Assembly (NCBI GenBank): GCA_964485795.1
Contig: CAZAJQ010000003.1
Span: 68,940-132,939, forward strand
Origin: an uncultured Gammaproteobacteria bacterium
GTDB lineage: Bacteria > Patescibacteriota > Patescibacteriia > VMEV01 > CAZAJQ01
Reading direction: 5' to 3'
DNA: 64,000 nucleotides
Below the pieces are notes generated by a model. That model had not been told where the DNA came from. It saw only the letters and a program-made list of their open reading frames with translations, and made no database searches. The position numbers and the translations under genes were made by a program. The first letter of the stretch is position 1. Each line of letters starts with the position of its first letter. Shown one piece after another: positions 10,386 to 19,420 of this stretch.

Positions 10386-10447
10386 CATGACACGGGGTGC
10401 CCATGACACGGGGTGCCCATGACACGGGGTGCCCATGACACGGTGCC
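10385..10447. repeat. Tandem direct repeat, 16-bp unit ccatgacacggggtgc, about 3.9 copies
   Basis: ccatgacacggggtgc occurs 3 times, followed by a degenerate fourth copy (ccatgacacggtgcc). It is immediately 3' of the second hairpin and about 15 bp before the folD stop. Confidence 0.9.
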
Positions 10448-10460
10448 CCTCTGATACGGG

Positions 10461-11342
10461 CTACATTTCTCCGGTGGCATTGATTGCTCGTGAAACTCGT
10501 CTCTGAAGTGCGAGCGTCACGGTGTTCGCAAGCAACATGGCCACGGTGACCGGCCCCACGCCGCCCGGAACCGGTGAAATCCATGAAGCGATTTTCTCGA
10601 CGTTTGCAAAATCAACGTCACCTTCGATGCCATGTTCGGTTTTTGTGGTGCCGACATCGATCACGATGGCGTTTTGTTTCACCATTTCCGCGGTGATGAA
10701 ACTTGGCTTACCCACCGCCACGATCAACACGTCCGATCGCAAGGTTTTATTTTTTATATCGGAATCGTTTGCCCCGCACCATTCGGCGGTCATACGCATT
10801 TTTTGAAATTGATGCATGAGCGGTTTCGCGAATATCTCGCTGTTTGACACGATCGCCGCATGTTTGTCGGTAAGCGGTTCGGCGGTGAAATCGAGCATTT
10901 TCACGATGGCCGAAGTGAGTACCGGCGGTATATCAGAACGATTTTCCAAAAACGCGGAAAGATTTTTTTTGTGAAACCCGTCCACGTCTTTTTCGGGATC
11001 CAATGCGTCGATGATACGGTCGGTGTCAAGATGCTTGGGCAGGGGAAGCTGAACGATGATGCCCGCGATATCGGGATCGCGGTTGAGAAACTTGACGGCC
11101 GCCATTATCTCGTCCGGAGTGCTTTTTTCTGTGCAGAGGTAGGTATGAAAATCGATGCCGATTTTTTTTGCGGCTTTTTCTTTGAGAGAGACGTAGAGTT
11201 TGGAAGCCGCGTCATCACCCACCAGAATGGCCGCAAGCCCGGGATGCAGGTCGTATCGTGCGATGCATTCGCGGGTTTGTTTTTCAATATCCGCGGCGAT
11301 TTTTTTGCCGTCTATGAGCGAGGCTCGGTGGAATTTTGGCAT
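10461..11342 (-). CDS. folD: Bifunctional methylenetetrahydrofolate dehydrogenase / methenyl-THF cyclohydrolase
   Basis: FolD signature along the whole length: ASKLYVSLKEKAAKKIGI, VQLPLP, and an NAD(P)-binding Rossmann segment (VAVGKPSFI...PVPGGVGPVTVAMLLANTV). Confidence 0.9.
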   Translation of the reverse strand: MPKFHRASLIDGKKIAADIEKQTRECIARYDLHPGLAAILVGDDAASKLYVSLKEKAAKKIGIDFHTYLCTEKSTPDEIMAAVKFLNRDPDIAGIIVQLPLPKHLDTDRIIDALDPEKDVDGFHKKNLSAFLENRSDIPPVLTSAIVKMLDFTAEPLTDKHAAIVSNSEIFAKPLMHQFQKMRMTAEWCGANDSDIKNKTLRSDVLIVAVGKPSFITAEMVKQNAIVIDVGTTKTEHGIEGDVDFANVEKIASWISPVPGGVGPVTVAMLLANTVTLALQRRVSRAINATGEM

Positions 11343-11626
11343 ACAAAAAGATGGGAAAATATAAAAATTATCCCCATCATAGGAAAAATGAAGGCAAAAG
11401 ACAATGTATGCACCTATGGATATTGGTTTATTGTCCCGTTTTGGGATGGATCCGGAGCTATCGATGGAATGATGCGATACCGCGATTCTCCCCGATGATT
11501 GCGCTGAAAAATTGAACCTTTTTTATTTGCTTGCTTTTATCGGCGTTTTATGTTATTTTTTGTGGCTGTTCTTTAAATATTGTTTCTCTATTTTTTTATT
11601 TTTTACCTTTTTGGGAGGTTGTTATC

Positions 11627-12133
11627 ATGAAAAAAGAAGTCAAGGACAAAATGGTTCGAAAAATTCTTCAAGAGATTTTAGCTGGTACGGAACGGAATCT
11701 CGAAAAAGAATTTGAAGTATGTTCGAATATTTTCTTTACCGAGCTCTTTGGCAAACCGCTCTATGATGCGGTGAAGCAAAGTAACCCGAGTAGGGAAGCT
11801 ATTGAGGGGGTTAGCAAAATATTCAACAAGGTGGGCTTAGATGATTCTTCGAAACGAGAAAAAATCGCGAAGGAGAAGTTCGTTTCTTTGCTCGAAAAGT
11901 ATCGAGCAAAGAAAAAAAGGCAAAAAAAGTATCCTCCTTATGAGGAAGAAAATCTTCGGAAAATGTACCATTACAACTTTTCAAAGATTTTCTCTATTAT
12001 GAGAGAACTTTATTGCGGCTCTTTGGAGGAATCATTTCCCATGACCCAGGAGCAAAAGGTCATGAGCATGAAAATCATCAAAGAGGAAATCATTGATGAT
12101 ATCATCAAAAGAGCAAGTGAAGGAAATAAATAA
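11627..12133 (+). CDS. Hypothetical protein (168 aa, K/E-rich, no recognisable domain)
   Basis: GGGAGG ribosome-binding site at 11614-11619, 7 nt before the ATG at 11627. The ORF extends upstream to 11531, but that part has no RBS and is hydrophobic low-complexity. Confidence 0.4.
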   Translation: MKKEVKDKMVRKILQEILAGTERNLEKEFEVCSNIFFTELFGKPLYDAVKQSNPSREAIEGVSKIFNKVGLDDSSKREKIAKEKFVSLLEKYRAKKKRQKKYPPYEEENLRKMYHYNFSKIFSIMRELYCGSLEESFPMTQEQKVMSMKIIKEEIIDDIIKRASEGNK

Positions 12134-12210
12134 ATTTTTTTTAAAAAAATACAAATCCCTGAGTATGGAGAAGCTCTGGGATTTTTTTTGTTTCAAAAAA
12201 GGGATGGCAT

Positions 12211-13500
12211 TTATGCCAGCTCTGGATACAGCGGATAGCGAGCCGTTAATTCTTTGACGGCTCTACGGATATCCTCTTTTACGGTTTCATCATCGCGATA
12301 TTCGATGGTCTTTGCGATGAGCTTTGCCACCTGCGTGCAGTCGTTTTCGTTGAATCCTCGAGTCGTGATGGCCGGAGTCCCGAGTCGTATGCCGGAGGGA
12401 TCCATGGGGTTCCGAGTATCATCGGGAATCATGTTTTTATTGCAGGTGATCATCACCGAGTCGAGCAGCTCCTGCGCCTGTTTGCCGCTGACGCCCTTTG
12501 GCGTGACATCGATAAGCATGAGGTGATTGTCCGTACCGCCGAAGCAGAGTTTGAAGCCGTCGCTGGCGAGTTGCAGTGACATGGCCTTGGCGTTTATTCT
12601 TATCTGCTTGGCATACGTTTTGAATTCCGGTTGCAAAGCTTCTTTGAAAGCCACGGCTTTTGCCGCGATATTGTTTTCATGAGGTCCGCCTTGCAGTCCC
12701 GGGAACACCGCCTTGTCTATGGCTTTGGCGTGCAGGGCTTTGCACATGATCATGCCCCCGCGCGGACCGCGAAGCGTTTTGTGCGTCGTCGTGGAAACCA
12801 CGTCAAAAAGTGGAACCGGATTATTCATCTCACCCGCGGCGATCAGACCCGCGATATGAGCGATATCGGCCATGGTGAGCGCGGATATCTCGTCGGCGAT
12901 CGCTTTGATATTTGCATAATCGATTTCCCGCGAATAGGCGGAGTATCCCACGAGGATCAGCTTTGGTTTGTGTTCCAAGGCCATCGAGCGAAGATGATCA
13001 TAATCGATGCTTCCGTCGGATGACGTTTTATACCGCACGAAATTATAAATCTTCGCCATGAAGGTGACCGGATGGCCATGGGTGAGATGTCCGCCGTGTG
13101 AAAGATCCATGCCGAGCACGGTATCGCCGGGATCGAGCAATGCGGAGTAAACGGCCATATTCGCTGGTGCGCCGGAAAGCGGCTGGACATTGACATGTTC
13201 GGCTCCGAAAAGCTGCCTAGCGCGGTCGATGGCGAGCTGTTCGATCTCGTCGATATATTGGTTACCGCCGTAATACCGCTTGCCGACATAACCTTCGGAG
13301 TATTTGTTGGTCAAAACGCTGCCCAAGGCTTCGAGTACGGCCTTTGAAACGAAGTTTTCGGAAGGGATGAGCTCAATGCCTTCACGCTGGCGCGTCAATT
13401 CTCGTCGTATGGAAGCGTAGATATCCGGGTCAAAGGTTTGAAGTGATGACATAAGAGGGGGACGCAGGAGTTCGTAAGCTGTCAATTCATAGGCCATCAA
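12211..13500 (-). CDS. glyA: Serine hydroxymethyltransferase
   Basis: IELIPSENFVSKAVLEALGSVLTNKYSEGY and the PLP-site TTTHKTLRGPRGG. The true start is probably the internal Met (MSSLQTFDPDIY), around 13452. Confidence 0.92.
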   Translation of the reverse strand: MMAYELTAYELLRPPLMSSLQTFDPDIYASIRRELTRQREGIELIPSENFVSKAVLEALGSVLTNKYSEGYVGKRYYGGNQYIDEIEQLAIDRARQLFGAEHVNVQPLSGAPANMAVYSALLDPGDTVLGMDLSHGGHLTHGHPVTFMAKIYNFVRYKTSSDGSIDYDHLRSMALEHKPKLILVGYSAYSREIDYANIKAIADEISALTMADIAHIAGLIAAGEMNNPVPLFDVVSTTTHKTLRGPRGGMIMCKALHAKAIDKAVFPGLQGGPHENNIAAKAVAFKEALQPEFKTYAKQIRINAKAMSLQLASDGFKLCFGGTDNHLMLIDVTPKGVSGKQAQELLDSVMITCNKNMIPDDTRNPMDPSGIRLGTPAITTRGFNENDCTQVAKLIAKTIEYRDDETVKEDIRRAVKELTARYPLYPELA

Positions 13501-13657
13501 GTATCCCTTATCCTTTGCTGCGTGAAAGAATGTTGGCCTGCGGTTTGCTGCTTACGGTTTCCATTGACTTTTATTGTATTTCCAGTATATTTATCAGTTA
13601 TTGCTTGCGTGAAGATTTCTTAAAATTGTATGTTTTTTTCAAAGAAAGGACAAGAGC

Positions 13658-14203
13658 ATGTATCTGGCATTGATAATATTGTTCGGTATCGTTCTTATGC
13701 AAAGAAGCGAAGACTTTACCGTAAGCTTTCTGATATTTTTTTCGGTCGCTGCTATGGTTGTTTGGGTGCGAATGCGGGCTCATGCGATTCGAAGTTTGCA
13801 GGTTTTTGACCGCAAGATGACCCTGTGCGGAGGGTGTGAGAAATGCAAAAAGTTTGAAGCGGAATATAAACGAGAGGTTCATGCTTTTGGCGAGCAAGGG
13901 GTAGAGGATATTGAGTCTATCGAGACATGGATTCTGAAAGTCATAGAAAAGATGCCTTCATGTCTCACCGGTGTTCCGCTTTTTTTTACTTTTTTGATTT
14001 CCGGTGAGGTATGTTCCGGGTTTGAATTGACGTTTTGCTGTAAAAGAAGGGATCAAAAAAAGGTCATCTGTCTCGCCTTTGAGTTCAAAGGGGATTTTCA
14101 AATGGATCCCTACTATTTGAAAAAAAACTATTTCGGACACATCGATGATGCTCGGTGGTTTTATCGGGAAATTGTTTTTTACGAATCAAAAGGAAAGGAA
14201 TGA
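13658..14203 (+). CDS. Hypothetical membrane protein with a CxxC...CxxC segment
   Basis: Two N-terminal TM helices, a CGGCEKCKKF motif, and no identifiable family. Its presence as a real gene is uncertain. Confidence 0.3.
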   Translation: MYLALIILFGIVLMQRSEDFTVSFLIFFSVAAMVVWVRMRAHAIRSLQVFDRKMTLCGGCEKCKKFEAEYKREVHAFGEQGVEDIESIETWILKVIEKMPSCLTGVPLFFTFLISGEVCSGFELTFCCKRRDQKKVICLAFEFKGDFQMDPYYLKKNYFGHIDDARWFYREIVFYESKGKE

Positions 14204-14206
14204 AAA

Positions 14207-14563
14207 ATGAAAAGAATCGCGATACTTGTTCTCGTGCTCTTTGTCGGGGGATGCCGGATCAATATGCATAGCGAGGTCACGGCACAGACTGATCGCCATT
14301 CAATATCATTCAGCAGTATTGTTACCAATTTTTCGGCCGTGGAATCGGTAACGGTGAAGTTTTGGAAAGGCGTGCTGGATCATGATATCCGAGCTTTTGA
14401 TAACGATGGGGAGGAGCTGGATTTTGAAAAAAATGGCGACGGGTATGTTCTGAACGTAACCGGAAAACCAAAACCGTGTACCATCAGAATTCGAGAAAAG
14501 GTGGCCGGTAGGTGGTACAAAAGTCTCTATGAGATTGGGGACAAATGCGTCAGAAAGGAGTAG
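14207..14563 (+). CDS. Putative lipoprotein (118 aa)
   Basis: Signal peptide with a lipobox (MKRIAILVLVLFVGGC). The mature part is hydrophilic. No known domain. Confidence 0.4.
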   Translation: MKRIAILVLVLFVGGCRINMHSEVTAQTDRHSISFSSIVTNFSAVESVTVKFWKGVLDHDIRAFDNDGEELDFEKNGDGYVLNVTGKPKPCTIRIREKVAGRWYKSLYEIGDKCVRKE

Positions 14564-14585
14564 GAGAGATTGAAAAAAATCTCAA

Positions 14586-14620
14586 ACCGTAGGTGTTCTT
14601 GCCTGCGGTTTTTTTTATTT
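14586..14620 (+). terminator. Rho-independent terminator candidate
   Basis: aaccgtaggtgttcttgcctgcggtttttttt: an imperfect 8-bp stem followed by a T8 run, 23 bp after the lipoprotein stop. Confidence 0.4.
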
Positions 14621-15216
14621 TTTTATCCACGACAATCGTTTTTTTTTACAGCAACAGTCTAGTAAAGTTTCGATCGATGCAATACGCGATGGAGGGGATA
14701 ATTCATATATGGTATACGTATGATTTTTATACAGCTATTTTAGCGAATTTTATAAAGTTTATGATCATTCATCGGGGGAGTGAACGCATTGAGTCCATCA
14801 TTATACTTTTTCTCAAACGTATGAGGTGGGAGGCCTTTTATGGCCTGCAACTGTCAAAATTTTTATGATGAGGTGTTTGCCTCATCATCAAATCCATCGG
14901 ACGGTACGATTCTGAACGCAGAACGAAATCATTGTTGCTGTGGAGGCAAAGCATCTTTTAAGGACGAATTGCTGCTTTTAGGCTTTGCTATTGTCTTGAC
15001 GCTGGGAATTTCCTTCATCATTTTTTGTTTCTATCATTTCTTGAAGTTATTGAAAACATTGTTATTTTTTTCCTAAAAATAAAAAAATATTTTCAATATT
15101 CGCAGGATCTCGCTACTCGAGATCCTCACTTTCCTCCCTCCAAAGCGATTTGGGAGGAGAAAAGTGGGTGCTAAAAAAGAAACGTAGAAACGGTTTTTTT
15201 CGAAAGGAAAAAGAAA

Positions 15217-16278
15217 ATGAAAAAGTTGTTTGTTGTTCTTTTCATTATTTTTGTTGGGGGATTGATGATGGGATGCGTATCTGGGAAAGATACTATAATG
15301 AGAGAAGGCCATCAGTATCCTTATCCTCAGCTCAGGATCTTTTATGCGGCTTCAAATGATGAAAGGGAGGCAATGAGGTTTCAAATGGAATATGCTCTCA
15401 CGTACATTCCTGAGAAGCTTCGCAAAGTGAAGAGTATTTATTATTGCGATCTATGTGACGATTGTTGGAAAGATACCAACATCGCCAAACAAGAAAATTT
15501 TAAGGTAAAGTTTGAAGCCAGAAATTTCAGAGATTCAAATGAAATTCATGTGAATTTTTTTAATGCACGATATCTTCGTGATCCATTTGCTCTCGGAATA
15601 ATTCATCTCATGATTCATGAATTTGGGCATTCTCATGATGCCTATGTCAATAAATGGCCTCATGAACTGCGAGAAAGGCTTGTCGCCCTATATAGGGAAG
15701 CAAAATCTAAAGGGCGTGAGCATGCTTATATGATAAGTACTCTTGAAGAGTACTGGTCATACACCTTTGCCGACGTATTGATGGGGTTTACTGATACATC
15801 GGAAAAAATTATGCTGGTCAAGGATTATTGCAAATATTATCTTGGTCGAAATTTCGATATTGTTGAATATCGAAAGCGCATGGAATGTGAACGAGAAGTA
15901 TTAGAAAAAAAGTATACTAAATATCTTTCAAGTCGCCTTATATGTGGCGGAAAGCGTTTTATGATTATCGACCTACTTGGAGAGCAAAGAAGTTATTTTC
16001 TTGCCAAAAATGAGAGAACACATAATTTCGTTATGAGCCGGTGGATGTCAGTAGGAGATGACGAAACTATGTCTAAGATGAGTGAGAATGATAAAGTGCG
16101 CATTCTCATGAAATCCTGCGGGTTTAATTATATCAATTTTTATGTTGAAAAAGGGGATACCATCCTCGCAGTAAAGATCCATGATACATGGAGATACTGT
16201 CGAATCCCAAGTGTTCAGGAAATTATCAGGGTTCTTTGGAAAATAAGTTATGATCTCGACCATTATAGAACCGGATAA
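15217..16278 (+). CDS. Putative zinc-metallopeptidase lipoprotein (HEXXH)
   Basis: Signal peptide with a lipobox-like MKKLFVVLFIIFVGGLMMGC and an HEXXH motif (IHLMIHEFGHSHD). It is preceded by three short hairpins at 15100-15200. Confidence 0.45.
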   Translation: MKKLFVVLFIIFVGGLMMGCVSGKDTIMREGHQYPYPQLRIFYAASNDEREAMRFQMEYALTYIPEKLRKVKSIYYCDLCDDCWKDTNIAKQENFKVKFEARNFRDSNEIHVNFFNARYLRDPFALGIIHLMIHEFGHSHDAYVNKWPHELRERLVALYREAKSKGREHAYMISTLEEYWSYTFADVLMGFTDTSEKIMLVKDYCKYYLGRNFDIVEYRKRMECEREVLEKKYTKYLSSRLICGGKRFMIIDLLGEQRSYFLAKNERTHNFVMSRWMSVGDDETMSKMSENDKVRILMKSCGFNYINFYVEKGDTILAVKIHDTWRYCRIPSVQEIIRVLWKISYDLDHYRTG

Positions 16279-16305
16279 AATTCTTTTTTATAGATCTCAT
16301 CATTC

Positions 16306-16343
16306 AGCTCGCAGCAAAAAAGTTGCGAGCTGATTTTTTTTAT
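16306..16343 (+). terminator. Rho-independent terminator
   Basis: cagctcgca-gcaaaaaag-ttgcgagctg followed by attttttttat, 28 bp after the stop of the 15217..16278 gene. Confidence 0.5.
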
Positions 16344-16391
16344 ATCCGCTTCACCATATACGTCCCCGAAAGCCTATACCCGAGCTTTTTA
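16320..16391. repeat. 72-bp direct repeat, copy 1 (71/72 identical to 17681..17752)
   Basis: aagttgcgagctgattttttttatatccGcttcaccatatacgtccccgaaagcctatacccgagcttttta. Copy 2 is the 3' end of elp3 (it encodes ...YKKLGYRLSGTYMVKGI on the minus strand). Copy 1 is therefore a non-functional duplicate of a gene end. Confidence 0.9.
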
Positions 16392-16427
16392 CTGTATTCC
16401 AGATTTTCATACCAAGGTATAATATTA

Positions 16428-16455
16428 TTGACTTTTTTTTCTACTATGGTACAAT
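16428..16455 (+). promoter_or_regulatory. Sigma70-like promoter candidate for the AAA ATPase gene
   Basis: -35 TTGACT (16428-16433), 16-nt spacer, -10 TACAAT (16450-16455). The ATG is at 16495. Confidence 0.4.
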
Positions 16456-16494
16456 ATCAGTGGTAGTAAAATACTAAAAGTATAAGAGCATTTT

Positions 16495-17673
16495 ATGATA
16501 AAAGATCGATATCTATCGCCATTTATCACCTCCGATTTGCAAAAAAAGATGGTTTTTCTTGGAGGACCTCGTCAGGTTGGCAAAACCAGCCTGGCTCTTT
16601 TTATCGGCAGAAATCACTACAAGAATTCAACATATTACAATTGGGACAACCGAGACGATAAAAAGGCGATGCTTCATGACACATTTCCATCCGAGACAGA
16701 TCTGATAATTTTTGATGAAATTCATAAGTATCGACCCTGGAAAAATTTCATCAAAGGTAAATACGATAAGCATAAGGATGACTTTCATATGCTCGTGACG
16801 GGTAGCGCACGCCTTGATCTCTATCGAAAAGGCGGGGATTCGCTGATGGGACGTTATCATTATTATCGTCTTCATCCTTTTACCCTTGCAGAGGTTCTTA
16901 AAGTATTACCGAAATCAAATGTTGGCGGCGAACTTTTCTTTGTTCCCGAATCAGCGAATGCAAAAACTTTTTTCAATCGCCTCTTTCAATTCGGAGGCTT
17001 TCCCGAACCATATCTCGAGCAAGATATCAAAACTTTGCGAAGATTTCACAATGAACGATTTGATCGACTTTTTAAAGAGGATATCCGAGAGATAGAAAGC
17101 ATTCGATACCTTTCTCAACTTCAAATATTTGCTGAGTTGCTTCCTACGAAAGTCGGATCGCTTCTTTCTTTGAACTCATTTCGCGAAGATTTGCAAGTGA
17201 CGCATAAAACCATCTCTCATTGGGCAGATGTTCTCGAAAATTTCTACTATCATTTTCGGATCTACCCCTTTGCATCATCGTTGATCAAGTCTCTTAGAAA
17301 GGAACCAAAACTGTATTTGTGGGACTGGTCGCAGATTCATGATGAATCGATCAGATTGGAAAACATGGTCGCGAGTCATCTTTTGAAATTCGTGCATTTC
17401 ATTCAAGATACGCAAGGATACAAAATAGCACTCCATTTTCTCCGAGACGTCGAGCAAAGAGAGGTGGATTTTCTTGTGACCATCAATAATTCGCCTTGGT
17501 TTGCCGTTGAAGTAAAAAAATTTGACACATCGCCATCCTCTACACTTCTGTATTTCCAAAAAAAGCTTCGCATCCCCTTCATATATCAAGTGATAATGAA
17601 TCACGGTATCGATCAACGACAGACTGGAATCCGAGTCATAAGCGCAAGTAAATTTTTAACGTCATTGATATAA
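16495..17673 (+). CDS. AAA+ superfamily ATPase, COG1373 family (ATPase domain plus C-terminal DUF4143-like domain)
   Basis: Walker A (FLGGPRQVGKTSLAL) and Walker B (LIIFDEIH). MLVTGSARLDL...GRYHYYRLHPFTLAE is characteristic of COG1373. The C-terminal roughly 150 aa is DUF4143-like. Confidence 0.7.
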   Translation: MIKDRYLSPFITSDLQKKMVFLGGPRQVGKTSLALFIGRNHYKNSTYYNWDNRDDKKAMLHDTFPSETDLIIFDEIHKYRPWKNFIKGKYDKHKDDFHMLVTGSARLDLYRKGGDSLMGRYHYYRLHPFTLAEVLKVLPKSNVGGELFFVPESANAKTFFNRLFQFGGFPEPYLEQDIKTLRRFHNERFDRLFKEDIREIESIRYLSQLQIFAELLPTKVGSLLSLNSFREDLQVTHKTISHWADVLENFYYHFRIYPFASSLIKSLRKEPKLYLWDWSQIHDESIRLENMVASHLLKFVHFIQDTQGYKIALHFLRDVEQREVDFLVTINNSPWFAVEVKKFDTSPSSTLLYFQKKLRIPFIYQVIMNHGIDQRQTGIRVISASKFLTSLI

Positions 17674-17680
17674 TCTCATA

Positions 17681-17752
17681 AAGTTGCGAGCTGATTTTTT
17701 TTATATCCCCTTCACCATATACGTCCCCGAAAGCCTATACCCGAGCTTTTTA
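17681..17752. repeat. 72-bp direct repeat, copy 2 (the authentic 3' end of elp3)
   Basis: See copy 1. Together the two copies bracket a 1.29-kb segment containing only the AAA ATPase gene and its promoter. Confidence 0.9.
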
Positions 17753-19374
17753 TAATACTCCCTCGACCCGATGCCCGCGATGACGGCTATTTTTTCATAG
17801 CCTTTTTTTTGCGCGATTGCCTCGGCTCGCCGCAGAAGTTTTTTTCCCAGTCCTCGATGCTGAGACGAATCGCTGGTCGAATCTTTTTCCCTGATGCTCT
17901 GAACCTTTCCATAGGTATGCAATTCTCGTATCAATGCGCAATGTTTCAGATCGGATATGAAAATATCTTCTTGTCTCGGTAGCCGAAGGCGTAAAAAAGA
18001 ATACAACGTCGTTTGAAATTCATTTTCAAAAGAAATAAAAAATTCCTTCCCTCCCGAAGCTTCAAATTCAAACTCATGCATGATAATCTTCTCTCTCTGA
18101 GTACTGTGAACTGAGTACTGAGTATTTGCCGCCTCCTTTCCCACTTGCCTGCACCTCATGCATCGACACTTTTCACCGCGTTTCTCCAATTCTTTTTGAA
18201 GGTATTCCCGAAGATTGAGGATTTTGTTTCCGGCAAGAACGGTTTTTGACGGGATATCGCGAAAAACCCGATCGATTCGTACATACTGAGGTACGATTTT
18301 TTTTATTTCGAGCAAGGTTTCAAAAAGCTCTTCATCCGTATAGGGTCGATAATTTCCCTGTTTCCACCAGCGATACAAAAGCGCGTCCTTGACCACCACG
18401 CAAGGATATATTTTGAGCTGATCGGGCTTGAAGTCGGCATCGGAAAATATTTTTTTGAATCCGAGAATATCCTTTTCCGGCGTGGATCCGGGCAAACCCG
18501 GCATCATGTGGTACTGGATTTTGAATCCGGCGTTTCGAAGCAGTTTTGTGGCTCTTGCGGCGTCCGATCCGTCTTCTTCCCTTCGAGTCAGCTTTTGCAC
18601 TGCATCGTCCACGGATTGCACGCCGAGTTCGATCCTCGTGCATCCGAGATCACGCAGGCGTTTCACTTCGGTTTCCGTGATGTGATCCGGCCTCGTTTCG
18701 ATGGTCATGCCGATGATGCGGTTTTTCGCGTATTCGTTTTTTTTCTGCGCGGCTATCAGATTTTTTTTACCCTTATCGATTTTATGAAGCTTGGCAGCGT
18801 TTTCATCCGTCATTTCAAAACGCGAATTTGCTGCGTCAAAGCATCGCTTGATGAACCATGTCTGGTACTGCTTGGGGTAAAACGACCATGTTCCGCCGGT
18901 GATATGGAGCTCGATTTTTTCGGTGTTGTGTCCGTTGAGATGCAAAGCCGTGATTCGTGACTTCACCTGACGATAGGGATCCCAAGCATTGCGCACGGCG
19001 CGCATCACGGCCGGTTGATCCGGCAAATAGCTTTTCGGCATGTTTTTCGCCGTAGGGCAGTACACGCATTTTCCGGGGCAGGGAAACGGTTTCGTGAGAA
19101 GCGCCACCACGGCCACTCCGGAAGAAGTGCGTATGGCGCGTTTTTGGAGCATGTTTTCGAGTCTTTGATCGGCGGCAATCACGGTATCATGCACCATTTT
19201 TCGATACGTTCGCAAAATATCGGATTTTGCGGGAGAAGGAAATTTATATTTACCGGCGCTTTTGCGTATAATGATTTCAGCGTCGCCGGAATTTTTCGGA
19301 TATTGCGCGACAAGATCTCTGACGATGATGTCAAGCACTTTCTGCGGATGGGTTTTTTTGTAGGTCAGAGGCAT
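17701..19374 (-). CDS. elp3: Elongator Elp3-like protein (radical-SAM plus GNAT acetyltransferase), putative tRNA U34 carboxymethyluridine synthase
   Basis: 557 aa. Radical-SAM cysteine cluster (CPGKCVYCP), a central Elp3-type rSAM domain (GHNTEKIELHITGGTWSFYP...TRIELGVQSVDD) and a C-terminal GNAT motif (QHRGLGKKLLRRAEAIAQKKGYEKIAVIAGIGSREYYKKLGY). Confidence 0.85.
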   Translation of the reverse strand: MPLTYKKTHPQKVLDIIVRDLVAQYPKNSGDAEIIIRKSAGKYKFPSPAKSDILRTYRKMVHDTVIAADQRLENMLQKRAIRTSSGVAVVALLTKPFPCPGKCVYCPTAKNMPKSYLPDQPAVMRAVRNAWDPYRQVKSRITALHLNGHNTEKIELHITGGTWSFYPKQYQTWFIKRCFDAANSRFEMTDENAAKLHKIDKGKKNLIAAQKKNEYAKNRIIGMTIETRPDHITETEVKRLRDLGCTRIELGVQSVDDAVQKLTRREEDGSDAARATKLLRNAGFKIQYHMMPGLPGSTPEKDILGFKKIFSDADFKPDQLKIYPCVVVKDALLYRWWKQGNYRPYTDEELFETLLEIKKIVPQYVRIDRVFRDIPSKTVLAGNKILNLREYLQKELEKRGEKCRCMRCRQVGKEAANTQYSVHSTQREKIIMHEFEFEASGGKEFFISFENEFQTTLYSFLRLRLPRQEDIFISDLKHCALIRELHTYGKVQSIREKDSTSDSSQHRGLGKKLLRRAEAIAQKKGYEKIAVIAGIGSREYYKKLGYRLSGTYMVKGI

Positions 19375-19420
19375 AATACTTGAATCAATTTTTTATCATC
19401 GCGATCGAAATCAATAAAAT

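Noticed and set aside
10385-10447. Possible CRISPR array
   Set aside because: The repeats are 16 bp, directly abutting with no spacers, only about 4 copies, and no cas genes nearby. This is a simple tandem repeat, not CRISPR.
10297-10584. 95-aa minus-strand ORF with Gly/His/Arg-rich translation
   Set aside because: It spans the palindromes and the 16-bp tandem repeat and runs into folD. Its periodic amino-acid pattern is just the repeat read in frame. Non-coding.
14593-14868. 91-aa plus-strand ORF starting with GTG
   Set aside because: Its start lies inside the terminator hairpin of the preceding gene. It has no RBS, and its composition is hydrophobic and AT-rich low-complexity. Probably non-coding, and not annotated.
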